Source of the DNA: the human T2T-CHM13v2.0 reference genome, Homo sapiens
Length of the DNA: 64,000 nucleotides
Reading direction: 5' to 3' (one strand)
NCBI RefSeq assembly: GCF_009914755.1
Contig: NC_060926.1
The notes beneath the pieces are model-generated. The model ran no database searches and was not told the origin of the DNA. It saw only the letters and a program-made list of their open reading frames with translations. Below, in pieces: positions 1 through 17,340 of the stretch; the stretch's first letter is position 1; each line of letters starts with the position of its first letter. Both the position numbers and the translations under genes were made by a program.

Positions 1-1130
1 TTCCAGAATAATATGAAGTATCTAAAAGTGTCACCTTTTCTTGCCTGATCAACAATTTGGGCTTCCTGTTTGTACAAGGGGCCATTTGGCATACCTTTCA
101 CAGCTTTTATCAGGCCAAGTTAAAGGCTGACTACATTTTTTCATCATGAGGAAAGCAGTTGAAATGAGGCATGAGTTACTGTGCATTGGGATTTTAGAAC
201 AATTTTCTTGTGACAGCTCTTTTTGTGAAGTTAGGTTCTTAAAAGTGCCCATGATGGTCACTTAAAATGTGCAGTAATAGCACTGCCAGGATCAAGCATG
301 AAAGGCTTTTAAATTAGATCATCCCACAGACAATACGTTTGATAATAGTTTTTTCTTTTAACCTCTTTAAGTATTGATTCTGCTTGAGAATATTGAAGTA
401 CTTGCCAGAAGTTGTGGATTTCAGTTTTAACAAATGCTATTAAAGTGGAGAAGCACACTCTGGTCTTGGAATTCCATTTGAGGATTTAGAAGTGTCATGT
501 TTATAACTATTCAGTTGTGTTTGTTGCTGGCTTGTTGTAAAGCAATAAAATTTTTTTGGTCTTTTTGTAAGTGAGTGTGCTGCTGTAAGAAATCTCCCAT
601 GTGCATAACAAATTCTGAATATTTTTTGAGGCTAAAGAAGACCGGGGTGACAAGCAGATACTGCTGTGTAATGGTTACACTAACCAAAAGACACCAGCCA
701 CTCAGAGTTCTATACTGTAAAGCGCAGATAACATTTGTGTGTTATACCTTGATTGGGGAATTAAAAGTCATTTAACTGAAGATGTTGAGAAACCTGGGCT
801 CTGGTTTTAGTATACCGGAATTACTTTTTTCCAATTTTAGAAAATCAAGCAGGTTAGAGAAAATAGAGATGAATTAGGGGACACTGTCTTATGGATTCAT
901 TTATAAGAAGAGAACCAGCCATATACACTTGGGGAGATTTGCCACATCTTAAACTTGAATAATAGTATGAGTAATGCTTAAGGGAGTTTAATAGAGAAGG
1001 AAAGCTTTGGCAGTGTTTTGAGAACTTAAGTGGCTAAAGAGATGAGACAAACATGCAGGTCGCTACTGGCATAGTTTCATAATTGTGTACTCGGAAATTA
1101 AAGTTTGCTTGTTTCTTGGTCTGGATTAAA
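1..1130 (+). other. Probable distal 3' UTR of an unidentified upstream gene
   Basis: Repeat-free, AT-rich, no credible ORF, with poly(A) signals and U/GU-rich downstream elements. Repeats begin only after about 1.4 kb. Gene identity not established. Confidence 0.55.
536..580 (+). terminator. Candidate proximal polyadenylation signal
   Basis: TGTA at 536-539, AATAAA at 544-549, followed by T-rich/GT-rich sequence (tttttttggtctttttgtaagtgagtgtg). Confidence 0.5.
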
Positions 1131-1150
1131 CTGTTTGTCCTCCTTTTCAG
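1086..1150 (+). terminator. Candidate distal polyadenylation signal
   Basis: TGTA at 1086-1089, ATTAAA at 1097-1102 and 1125-1130, with GT/T-rich downstream sequence. Confidence 0.5.
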
Positions 1151-2040
1151 ATAGAGCATCACAGTCAGGGCTGACACCAAAATAAGACTTTCCCTGAGCC
1201 TGAAATAATTTTTTTTTTTTTTTAAGTATCTACTGTAATAAGCATCAAACAAGCAGAAATAAACAATGTCCCTTCCCCTGGACAACAACAACAGCAATAA
1301 CAAACATTTAAAGGCGGTAAAATTGCCAGGACTGGTGGGTTGGTTGAGTGGGCTGGGTGCGGGTAGTAGGACGAGATGGGACGGGACGGGGAGGAATCTA
1401 GCATCGCTGCCAGGTTTCTGGCTCAGGTTTGGTGCCATTCACTGAGGTGAGGAGTGTAGGAAGATCGCATGTCTGGAGGGGGCTGGGCAGCTGATGCATT
1501 TGCTTTTGGATGTGTTGGATTTATGACACTGGAGCGGCAGGTGGATAAATCAAAAGTGGGTAAGATCTCCCTGGAGAACGTGTAGAATGAGAAGAGTCAC
1601 AAGCTGGGGACAAATTCTTGGTTAACAGCATGGCTTAACAAGGTAGGCAGAGGAAATGGAGTCCATGAGGAAGTGGAGAAATGGTCAGAGAGGCTAACAG
1701 AATGGGAAGAGTGGCTTGTTTCAGAAGCCAGGGAATAAAGGGTCTTAAGTTTTGGGGTGAGGGATTTAAAATAATCTACAGCCTGGGAGCTCCATGACTA
1801 ATCTGTCAGGTTACGCTAGGTTATCCTGTGGGAACACCACCAGAGCTCATAGGCAAAGAACAAGGTTTCTCACTCACATTCCCTCTCCATTGCAGCTTAG
1901 CTGGGGATCTGTTCCACGTTGTCTTTATGTAGGGTGACAGAGCAGCCACTAACTGGACCATTGCTAGTTTTAGTGGGAGAGGGAGGGAGCTGTGGAGTGT
2001 CTTGCACAAATACATGATCTGGTCACTCTGACAATTATTG

Positions 2041-2363
<323 letters not shown>

Positions 2364-3119
2364 TAAAGGTAGACACGTGGCCCTGCTAAACCACAAGGGG
2401 GTCGGAAGTGAAATCCTATCTTGTAGGATGAGAGTCAGGAATGGATAGACAAAATACTGAAGTTTGGGGGTATGTTTAGTTCAATTTGTTAAATATATAG
2501 TTGTAATACTTCCATATACACATGAACACCAATTGGCTTGGGAGGGAGAGAAGGTGCCCCAGGACCACTCTCCTGTTTGACAGAGTTCTCTGGTATGTGT
2601 GCATTTGTGTTGGATTTGTGTTACATTTTAAGCCAACATTCAGCGAGCTCTATGTGTTCCATGGGCTGGGCTAAACATTTTGTTTAATTATCTCATTTTG
2701 TCCTTATATAAGACAACTATGTGAGGTAGCTACTACTATTTTCCCTATTTTAGACTTGGCTTAGAGAGGGCAATTAACTTGCTGTGAGTTCATAGTTATG
2801 AAATGAAAGCGCTGCTGTTCAGAACCCAGTTATTTTGCCTCGACATTGCAACAGACCATTTCTTCCTGGATGCTCTTGCATGGCATCCCTTCATAGCCTG
2901 ACAAGACAAACATCAAATCCGCAAATAGTTAAGAGCACAAAGTGTGTGTTTAACTTTGGGCTAAGTGTGGTTTGTCATAAAAATAAGCATGAAAATAAAT
3001 AGACTTGGTCCTCACCCTCAAGATGTTTAGTTCTAGTTGCAGGGGAGGAGGTGGTGAGAAAAGAGATTAAACAGGTAAGAGGTTAAATATTCAACTAATA
3101 TTTGAGTGCCTACTATGAT

Positions 3120-4040
<921 letters not shown>

Positions 4041-4185
4041 TACTAGGAGTTTAAATTCAAGACAATAACAGAAAAGATGTCATAGTCACAGTACTTAGTT
4101 TCTAAATAACTTTTGAATAATTGCTATAGTTTGGGAGCTGTAGCTTGAACTAGGTCATGAAAAGAAGTGAGTTTTTTTTTTCTTT

Positions 4186-5450
<1,265 letters not shown>

Positions 5451-6060
5451 AGGAGCTGGGGCCGTTATGTGACAGATGCACTGTGCTTTCTCTCCTACTG
5501 CACTAGAAATCCTTTACTTACTATGAAGACTTTAAGGTTTTTGGCTGAAGGAAAATAAATCTATGAAAATATGTAGAATCCTCATAGAAGAAAGCTGGGC
5601 TTGTCAGAAAAAAAATGACAAAGGAAGTAACCTATTTAGCCTGACCCTTACATCAGTTACTCAAGCTCATCTGGTGTTATTTAATACTAATTAACATTTA
5701 CCCACAGCCATCTGCTCTGGCTAGGGTTGTGCGTTCATCCGTTGCAGCTGTGTTTTTTCATGATAGAATGCTGGCCTCACTGTCTGGACCCACCAGCTGG
5801 ACCTGCCAGCAAGACCAGTTCAGAAGTCAGAAAGATCCCCCTTCAGCTTCCTCTGCCACGTCCCTGCTGTCAGAGCTTCCTTTGAGGAACCCTTTGCTCA
5901 CCCTGACAATGGAAGTTAAGCCAGATAATTTTTCACAGTTGGGAAGTACAAAGGGCAGGATGTTTGCTTTTACTTTCTGGGGGAAGACGGCAAGATTGTT
6001 GTAATCATTTAAAGGGTTGTTTTGAAAGCACAGTTGATGGACTGGGCCCTTCTACTTTGA

Positions 6061-6395
<335 letters not shown>

Positions 6396-7073
6396 ACAGC
6401 AAAGACTCAAAATCAGTCAGTGTTACTGTTTGGACTTTATTTCTTAACTCTCAGATCTCCAAGGCAAAGAACAAAGGATCAGCAGGGATGGACCCAGTTT
6501 CGCTTTCTTCAGCTGTTCCCGGGAGAGTTTGGCCGTCAGTCTTCCTGGGATCAGCCCCGGAGGTGGGCATGAGTGGGTTAACGACAGGAGTCCTGCCCGG
6601 GGGACTTGGGGAGCCTGTCTTATGTCCTGTCCCACCCCCTCAAAGAACAAGGACATGACTTTATATTGTTTTATAAAACTGGTGAAATGGGTGCCCAGGT
6701 TCTTGGGCTGTGGCCTGCCTGTATCACCAAGCAGCTGTAACCTTTCCTTAAACTGAAAACAGAAAGAGGAATATTTCCCCAACTACCTTAACTGAGGAAA
6801 AAGGAAGTGGGGTTGGCACAAGCATTTGTGAGCTGACTCCAGAAGGAGAAGGAGAACCTTGGCTTTAATCTTCATTTAAAAAATACACATTGGAAGGAGG
6901 GGAGGGAATATAGTTGATACTGCCTGGTGTTCTGTCAGAGGTATGGTGGGAGTTGCAGGGAATATTTAAATGTCTGTATCATTGCTTCATGAGACATTTT
7001 GTATGTTTTCCTCCTTTTTGACTCGTGCTACTTTTATTAGAAATAAGAAATCATCATAGAACATTGGGAAATT

Positions 7074-7357
7074 GGCTGGGCATGGTGGCTTATGCCTGTA
7101 ATCTCAGCACTTTGGGAGGCTGAGGCAGGTGGATTGCTTGAACTCAGGACTTTGAGACCAGCCTGGCCAACATGGTGAAACCTCGTCTCTACTGAAAATA
7201 CAAAAATTAGCCGGGCATGGTGGTACACACCCGTAGTCTCAGCTGCTAGGGGGACTAAGGCGGTAAGGCGGGAGGATCACTTGAGCCCAGGAAGTCGAGG
7301 CTGCAGTGCCTGGGTGACACAGTGAGAACGCTGTTTCAAAAAAAAAAAAAAAAAAAA
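7074..7357 (+). mobile_element. AluJ-type SINE with right-arm deletion
   Basis: Alu with poly(A) and TSD gggaaatt; about 30 bp missing before cctgggtgacac. Confidence 0.9.
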
Positions 7358-7667
7358 GGGAAATTGCCAAAAAATTATAAAGATGTGTATATATTTTTTT
7401 GCATTGTGATTTATCCTAAATATACTACTGACTTTTAAAAGACTTTCTGAGATACCTGTGAATTCTACTATGACCTTTTGATTTGATATTGTTTAGCTAA
7501 TGGCTCATGTGAATGGTCCCTTCTCTTTGCTGAACTCCTTCGCAAAAGTGCAGAGGGTTCGGTTGGTCTGCAGTTCTCTGCAAGCTCCGTGGATGCGCAG
7601 GTTCTGCAGTCAAGCTGCCTCTGTCCCTTAGCAGCACGTTTTTCATTGCCCCTTTTGTACAAAGCTG

Positions 7668-8937
<1,270 letters not shown>

Positions 8938-9281
8938 GCTGACATTATTGAAAAAAACATATCACTGTTGGATATTCCTATGAAACTAGATGATGTTGTA
9001 TGCCATTTTCTTCTTTGTTAAAGCATTTTTACATTCATCACATCACCTGACTTTTGAAGCTGTCGTGTGACCCATTCTGTGACTCATTCTGTGTGACTCC
9101 TGGGGTTGATGGCTTGTGTCTCAGACAGTTGGAGGAGGAGGTGTTCCCAGGGGTTGCACTGCTTTTCTTCCTCAGCCAGCCCATCCTCTCTCTCTGCTAT
9201 CACCTACTTACATGCTTGTTGGCTTGTTCTTTAGCCTTGAATTCTGGTCACCACTTGACAGTGTCAAGGGTTCAAAACTGA

Positions 9282-9617
<336 letters not shown>

Positions 9618-9619
9618 TT

Positions 9620-9950
9620 GCAACTGAAATTCTGTACCCATTAAATAATAACTCCCTTTTACCCCTCTTCCTAGCTCTAGCAACCTTCATTGTACTTTCC
9701 ATCTCTATGAATTAGACAATTCTGGCTACTACATGTCAGTAGAACCACACAGTATTTATCCTTTTGTGACTGGACTGGCTTATTTCATTAGCATAATGGC
9801 TTCCAGGCTTAGCCATATTGTAACACGTGTCAGAATGTTCTTCCTCTTCAGAGCTGAGTAACATTTCATTGTGTGTGTAGACCACATATTGTTTGTCTAT
9901 GACCTGCCAGTGGGTACTTGGGTTGCTCTGCCTTTTGGTTTTGGCTATGG
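9620..9950 (-). mobile_element. L1MB-like 3' fragment
   Basis: aactgaaattctgtacccattaaataataactcc ... gaatgttcttcctcttcagagctgag. Confidence 0.75.
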
Positions 9951-10216
9951 CGAATCAGACTGCACTTTTAAGACAATGTGTCGTAGGTATGATTTTTATG
10001 GGCCATGAACTTAGGTATGCAAAAAAGTAAATTTCTCTATAACAGACCTAATTTCTGTCTTGAACATGTCTTCTCTCTTATAGTATAAACAATTCCAGTG
10101 TATTTTTCCTCAGTGACGTATTGGTGTCCTCAGTGATTTTGGATGAGAATTCAGTTTGGGATTTTTTTTCCTTCTGACCACATCCCTTTGATGGATCTCA
10201 GTTCCGTGCCATGGCA

Positions 10217-10255
<39 letters not shown>

Positions 10256-10440
10256 TGTGTGTGTGTGAGAGAGAGAGAGTATGTGTGTGTGTGTGTGAGA
10301 GAGAGTATGTGTGTGTGTGTGTGAGAGAGAGAGGGAGAGAGGGAGTGTGTGTGTGTGTGAGAGAGTATGTGTGTGTGAGAGAGAGAGGGAGAGGGAGAGA
10401 GAGTGTGTGTGTGTGTGATTGTGTGTGCACGTGTGTGTGG
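10217..10440. repeat. Compound (TG)n/(GA)n microsatellite
   Basis: Alternating TG and GA blocks over ~220 bp; explains the HT/SL-rich ORFs. Confidence 0.97.
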
Positions 10441-11153
10441 CTGGTCTGCAGTCATACTCTGCCTTAGGCTGACAGCTTCGGAGGTGCAAATGTGTGTTTC
10501 CCTCATTCTACTTTGGCATCCATCATGAAGCCCGCCTTTCCTGGGCCTCGGACCATATGGCCCATGTTTGTCTTTGCTGCGGCTTTCCCTTCTCTTGACT
10601 GCAGGACCAGCTCTTCTCCACTGGTTGACTTTTACACCCCACTGGGAGACGTGGGGAAATTTGGCTTACACATTACATGGGGCCAAGGGAGTCTTGTGGG
10701 GTTGCCCCAGCATGTTGGTTGCCATTCTATAGAACTGTTCCATGCCTTAACAGTACAAGAAAGTACTGCAAGGCTGTCACCTCCTGGGAGTCTCGACAAG
10801 GGGCGGGGTGAAAGTCCCCTCTCCTCTGTCAGATCGGAATGTGTTGAGGGGTTCTGTCATCCTCTTATCTTGGAGATCACCTTCGGGGACTGGTTAGGAG
10901 CCGAGATTCTCATGAATTTCTCACTCTGAATAGTCTTCCAACTCTTTTTCTATCCTTAGAATGTTTTAATCTCCTTTCTCTAGTGGGGGAAAAACTGGCT
11001 AGAGAAGCATTTCTCTAAGCCCCATGTTTATATAGGCATACCTCTGAGATAATTTTGGGCTCAGTTCCAGACAACTACAATAAAGCAAATATCAGAATAC
11101 AATGAGTCACATGAATTTCTTGGTTTCCCAGTGCATATAAAAGGTATGTTTAG

Positions 11154-11900
11154 GGCTGGGTGCAATGGCTCACACCTGTAATCCCAGCACTTGGGAGGCT
11201 GAGGTGGGAGGATTGCCGGAGACCAGAACTTTGAGACCAGCCTGGGCAACATAGCAAGACCCTGTCTTTACAAAAAAATGAAAAAATTAGCTGGGCATGG
11301 TGGCACACATTTATAGTCCTAGCTGTTAGTCCAAATTTCACCATTTTGTAAGCTCCCTGCTATTTTACAGACTTTGGTTAAAGCAAAACATTTTACAGGG
11401 GTTTGGGCCATGAGAAACATTCTGCCTAACCACCTGACCACAAGGCGGACAAAGGCCGTATTAAAGAAACATCCCTATCATATCTTGGTGGGCAAAGATC
11501 CAAGGAACATCACGATGACAGCCCACCGGAACAAGGGCCAGAACCACCTCATCACGGGAACATCTTTTCAATATCCTGCCAGGCAGCAAGCCACGCTGCT
11601 CAGACCCCTCCCGCCCATAGCTATAAGTACCCCCAGCATATAAGCAGTTGTGGGCACTGGCATTAGGATGGTTCCCCACTTCTGTAGGTTTTATGCTGGA
11701 CATAAGCCTGCATTTGCTGTCGAGCTGCCCTCTCTGTGTGGGTGTCCCTCACCTTCCCTGCAAAACCTAACACTAGCTCCTTGGGAGACTGAGGCTGGAG
11801 GATCGTTTGAGCCCAGGAATTTGAGGTTATAGTGAGCTCTGACTGTGCCACTGCACTCCAGCTTAGGAGAAAGAGTGAGACCCTGTCGCTAAAGAACAAA
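11154..11900 (+). mobile_element. AluJ split by an LTR
   Basis: Alu sequence at 11154-11323 resumes at 11773. Confidence 0.9.
11324..11772 (+). mobile_element. ERVL-class solo LTR (LTR32-like)
   Basis: TGTTAG...CTAACA ends, exact 5-bp TSD CTAGC, TATA-like ctataag at ~11621. Family name from recalled consensus. Confidence 0.8.
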
Positions 11901-12049
11901 GCAAAGCAAAACTCAATATCTACAAAGCGCCATAAAATGAAGTATGCCTGTACCAAGAGCTCGGAAGCTGAACTCCAGGAAGAGACGTTGAATTCTCAGC
12001 TTTGCTGTGAATTGTGGTTCCTGAGCCCCAGGGGCTGTGCTAGACATAG

Positions 12050-12447
12050 CCTTCAGGTTTACTTACCTGTTTTCTCCATTCTGCTCTGTCTCCTTAGAGG
12101 ATGACATCAAAGGGCTGAACTAGTTTCCAGCTTCTGGATGTATCTGGCCAATGAGAAGGGAGGAAAGTAAGACTGGGATGACTTTGTCTGTTAACCCAGG
12201 ATCATAGCTCCTGCCTGGGGACTTTGTCCTCACAGTTCTCTTCCTCTGTTCAGCTTCTTATAACCACACCCTTCTCTCAGCCAGGGTGACAACAGCACTG
12301 CCCTATTATTAGGTAAGGGGCACGACATTAGCCCTCATGTTTTCTTCAAACACTATCCATCCCTTTATAGATTATCCTTTTATTAAACTCTCCTCAAATT
12401 ACCCAGTTTGAATGTGCCACTGATTTCCTTTTGGGGTTCTGACCGAT
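12050..12447 (+). mobile_element. Old ERVL LTR (LTR33/LTR16-type)
   Basis: 3' motif attaaactctcctcaaattacccagtttgaatgtgcc...ctgaccgata. Confidence 0.55.
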
Positions 12448-13005
12448 AATAATGCACGTTCATTGACAACCACACCACCACCCATTGACTATCCAATGTG
12501 AGAGGAGGCCCCGAAGCAAAACCAGTAAGAGGAATGCATTCCGATAAGCTAACAGATGTTTACTGCATGAACCAGGTGCAGCTGCTCTTCCATCGTTATT
12601 GGCATGCTCTACTATGAGTCCGTAGGTCAGGTGCTGGGGAATGGATGGTATGTGTTCCCTGGGGGATGGGGTGGGAGGAGGTGGTTGGCTTATCTCTAGT
12701 GTTTTTACAAAAATCCTTTCTCCCTACAAATTTTAAAGGCTATGGAAGTTCATTAGTAAGTTGAAAAAAAAAAGGAACCCATGAGAAATTTAAAAAAATA
12801 CTTACTTGTACCACCCAGAGGAAACTACTATTAAAATTTTGGTTTACAGTCTTCCATTTTTTTTTCTATTTCACTATAAAGAGTAATATTGATATTCGAT
12901 ACAAAATTTCTAGTTTTTCATTATGACAAATAATAGTGTGATAAACATCTTGGTATGCAGTCATTGATTGCATTTCTGAGGTTATTTCCTTTTGAAGATT
13001 TCTAG

Positions 13006-13335
<330 letters not shown>

Positions 13336-13346
13336 TGAATTAAGGG

Positions 13347-13719
13347 TGTCTTAGTCAGCTTGGGGTGCCATAACAAAATACCATAGACTAGGTGACTTAA
13401 ACAATAGAAATTTATTTCTCACAGTTTTGGAGGCTGGAAAGTCCAAGATCAAGGTTCTGACTGATTTGGTTTCCGGTAAGGGCTCACTCCCTGGCTTGCA
13501 GATGGCTGCCTTCTCACTGTGTCTTCACATGACACAGATAGGGCTCTGATATCTCTTCCTCTTCTATAAGGGCACCATCTCTATCCGATTGAGACCCCAC
13601 ACTTATGACCTCATTTAACTGTCATAACCTCCTCATAGGCCCAATCTCCAAATACAGTCACATTGGTGGTTAGGGCTTCAACATAGAAATGTTAGAGGGT
13701 CATGATTCTGTCCCTAACA
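13347..13719 (-). mobile_element. MLT1A-type MaLR solo LTR
   Basis: tgtcttagtcagcttgggg...ataacaaaataccatagac ... ccctaaca; TSD aaggg / aagga. Confidence 0.85.
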
Positions 13720-13824
13720 AAGGATATAAATATTTTAAAGACTAGATACATAATTTCAAATTGCTTTCCAGAAAAGCCATCCCAGTTTATGCTACCACCA
13801 GCTATATGTAAAAGTGGCTGTCTC

Positions 13825-14084
13825 GAAAACCAAACACCACATGTTCTCACTCATAAGTGGGAATTGAACAATGAGAACACTTGGACACAGGGTGGGGAAC
13901 ATCACACACTGGGGCCTGTCGTGGTGTGGGGGAGGGGGGAAGGATAGCATTAGGAGATATACCTAACGTAGATGACGAGTTAATGGGTGCAGCACACCAA
14001 CATGGCACGTGTATACATATATAACAAACCTGCACTTTGTGCACATGTACTCTAGAACTTAAAGTATAATTTAAAAAAAGAAAA
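13825..14084 (+). mobile_element. 5'-truncated L1PA 3' end with TSD
   Basis: L1PA 3' UTR plus A-tail; TSD aaaagtggctgtctc at 13810-13824 and 14085-14099. Confidence 0.95.
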
Positions 14085-14223
14085 AAAAGTGGCTGTCTCA
14101 CCACGCTGCCACTAGCATAGCTTATTATGAGTTAGAAAATTTGTTTACTTTTACCAATGTATCTTTTTACTATTTTATTGTTTATTCTTTCCTTAATACC
14201 AATATCTCAAAATACTCACTATA

Positions 14224-14513
14224 ACCTGGGTGTGGTGGCTTACGCCTGTAATCCCAGCACTTTGCTAGGCTGATGTGGAAGGATTACTTGAACCCAGCAG
14301 CTGAGACCAGCCCGGACAACATAGCAAGATGCTGTCACTACAAAAAGTTAAAAAATTAGCTAAGCATGGTGGCGTGCACCTGTAGATCCAGCTACTCAAG
14401 AAGCTGAGTTGGGATTGCTTGAGATCGAGAGGTCGAGGCTGCAGAGAGCTATGATGGTGTACTGCGCTCCAGCCTGGGTGACAGTGAGATCATCTCTTGC
14501 TCTCAAAAAAAGA
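14224..14513 (+). mobile_element. AluJ-type SINE
   Basis: Diverged dimeric Alu. Confidence 0.88.
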
Positions 14514-15349
14514 AAATTTACTACTAATATTTTTGTGGTTCTAAATTTTCCAAAAACTAGAATTATAGTCTACATTCTGCTTGTAATTTGCATCTTTTAA
14601 ATTTAGAAATATAAGATGAATTTCACTTTTATTATATTTTCTTTGCATCCACTTCATTATTTAAAATTTATCATTGCTTAAAACAATTACATCAGTAGTA
14701 ATGTTTATTATAAAAATTTGATTCACCTCTTTATGTGGCAAGTTTCTGAAATCACATATGGGGCAAGAGTATCGTGTCCCTCTTTGGAAAATGCCATCTG
14801 CCATAGCTTCCTTGAGTGCAGGGATTCTCGAGGGGCTCTGGAAACTCCTATCTGTGGACTTGTTTCAAGAGACATTGGTTCCTGTGGGCACCAGGCTTCT
14901 ACCCTAGCACGGTTCCTGTTCCTGCGCCATGTTGGGTCTCCCTGGGGAGAGGACAGCTCCTGGGGTGGCCTTAGGGCTGCTTCATGGCAAAGTCCAATGT
15001 ATCATTCTTATGCCTTTGCGTCCTTATAGCCAAGGAAGGGGAGTGCCTGGTGCTGCCGGTGGGCCAGCTGTGGTTCCTGCCCTATGGCCTTCCCAGAGGC
15101 TCTCATTTCCGGTGTGGCTCACGGTCAGCTTGCGAGTCTGAATGTTTAGTAGCATCTGAAAAGAACCACAGTAGAGGCTGCACCCTGAAATATAGTCTGT
15201 ACAGGAAAGGCAGATAATTACTTGATTCTTTCCTTTTAATTATCAGTTTCCAGAATGATGAATTGGTGCCCTAGCAACCCCCAAAAGTGACCAGTGAGGG
15301 TTTCCTTTTCCTTCTCACACGTAAAAAAGCAGCCTTATTGAGGTATAAT

Positions 15350-15961
15350 CTTTTTCCTCTTGTTATATATATAAATTTTATTTTATTCTATTATTTTTTA
15401 AAATTTCAATAGGTTTTTGGGGAATAGGTATTATTTGGTTACCTGAATAAGTTCTTTAGTGGTGATTTCTAAGATTTTGGTGTACCCACGACCTGAGGAG
15501 CGTGCACTGTGGCCAATTTGTAGTCTTTTATCCCTCACCAGCCCCCGATCTTTCTCCCGAGTTCCCAAAGTCCGATGTATCATTCTTATGCCTCTGCATC
15601 CTCATAGCTTAGCTCCCACATATGAGGGAACAAACTATGTTGGTTTTCCATTCCTGAGTTACTTCACTTATAATAATAGTCTCCAATTCTATCCAGGTTG
15701 CTGCAAATGCCATTATTTCATTCCTTTTTATGGCTGAGTAGTATTCCATGGTATATATATATATACCACAATTTCTTTATCCACTCATTGATTGATGGGC
15801 ATTTGGGCTGGTTCCATATTTTTGCAATTGCAAATTGTGCTGCTATAAACATGCGTGTGCAAGTATCTTTTTCATATAATGACTTCTTTTCCTCTGGGTA
15901 GATACCTAGTAGGGGGATTGCTGGATCAAATGGTAGATCTACTTTTAGTTCTCTAAGGAAT
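15350..15961 (-). mobile_element. L1PB (L1PB1-like) 3' end inserted in an older L1M
   Basis: L1PB 3' UTR motifs (tttcaataggtttttggggaa...gtggtgatttc; cctcatagcttagctcccac); degenerate TSD ccttatygaggyatmat. Confidence 0.85.
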
Positions 15962-16715
15962 CCTTATCGAGGCATCATTTAAATAAAATAAAATTCACCA
16001 ATTTTAAGCATACAATTTTGGTGAGTTTTAAATATAATCAGGTAACTGCCACCACTATCAAGACATAGAACATTTCTACCAACTCTAAAAGTTCCTTCAT
16101 GCCCTCCCTGAATCCAGGCTCCTGGCAACTATTTATCTGCCTTATCACTACAATTTTGCCTTCTCTAGAATTTCATATAAATGGACTAGTATGTAGACTT
16201 TTGTCTGGTTTCTTTCACCTAGCATAATGCTTTCATATTCTTTATTTATTTACTTTTTTGGTAGAGATGAGGTCTTGCTGTGTTGCCCAGGTAGGTCTCA
16301 AACTCCTGGCGTCAAGTGATCCTCCCACTTCAGCCTCCCAAAGTGCTGGGATTACAGGTGTGAGCCTCTGCGCCCAGCCTGCTTTTGAAATTCATCGATG
16401 TTTGTGTATAGTGGTAGTTTATTCCTTTTCTTTTTCTCCACTGCAGGAAATGGAGTTTGTTCCTTTTCTGTTGCTGAGCAGATTCATGTGTATGGATGTA
16501 CCACAGTTCATTCATCCACTCACTAGCAGATGGATATTTGGGTTGTCTCCAGCTTTTTGATATCATGAATAGAGCTGCTATAAACATTCCCGTACAGGTG
16601 TTTGTGTGGATGTGTTTTTATTTCTCTTGGGTAAATAACCACGAATGAGATTGCTGACTCATGATAAGCATATAGTTAACTTTGTAAGATACTGTCAAAA
16701 TGTTTTCTAAAGTGC
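15962..16715 (-). mobile_element. L1M 3' fragment containing a FLAM (16243-16379)
   Basis: L1M motifs (ccttctctagaatttcatataaatgga; ttcattcatccactcac) around a monomeric Alu. Confidence 0.75.
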
Positions 16716-16805
16716 TTATGTTTTGATTCTTACTGATCAATTAGTAACATATGCCTGTAAAAGTACACAGATCTCAAGTATATAGCTAGGTACAATTTAA
16801 ATACT

Positions 16806-17340
16806 CAAAAAATTAAAAATAGATTACCATATGATCTAGTAATTCCACATCACTGCATATGTCTAAAATAATTGAAAGTAGGGTCTTGAGAGATATTTGA
16901 ACACCCATGCTCATAGCAGCATCATTCACAATAGCCAAAAAGTGGAAGCAACCCAAGCGTCCATTGATGGATGAATGAATAAACAAAATGTGGTGTATAC
17001 ACACAGTGGGTTATTATTCAGCCTTAAAAAGGAAGAAATTCTGACACATGCTGCAACATGGATGAACCTGGAGGACATTATGCTTGAAATCAACCAGACT
17101 CAAAAGGACAAATACTGTTCATGATTCCACTTATAAAAGGCACCTAGAGTAGTCAAATTTGTAGTAGAATAGTGGTTGCTGAGGACTGGGGAAGGAGAAG
17201 AATGAGGAGTTACTGTTTAACGGGTGTGGAGCTTGTTTTGCAAGATGAAAAGAATTCTGTAAATTGGTTGAACAGCAATGGGAATATACTTAACACTACT
17301 GAACTGTACACTTAGAAATGCTTAAGATGATAAATATAAA
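16806..17340 (+). mobile_element. L1MB-type 3' end
   Basis: ttaccatatgatctagtaattccac ... ctactgaactgtacacttagaaatg. Confidence 0.85.

Larger units (their letters stand above)
11033..11950 (-). mobile_element. Tigger1 remnant (both termini only) hosting an AluJ and an LTR
   Basis: TA|taggcatacctctgagata... at the left and ...ataaaatgaagtatgcctg|TA at the right are Tigger1 terminal inverted repeats with TA duplications. Confidence 0.8.

Noticed and set aside
1-1130. Assigning a gene symbol to the putative 3' UTR (vague impression of RAD23B)
   Set aside because: No coding exon in the window and I cannot verify the match from memory; BLAT would settle it.
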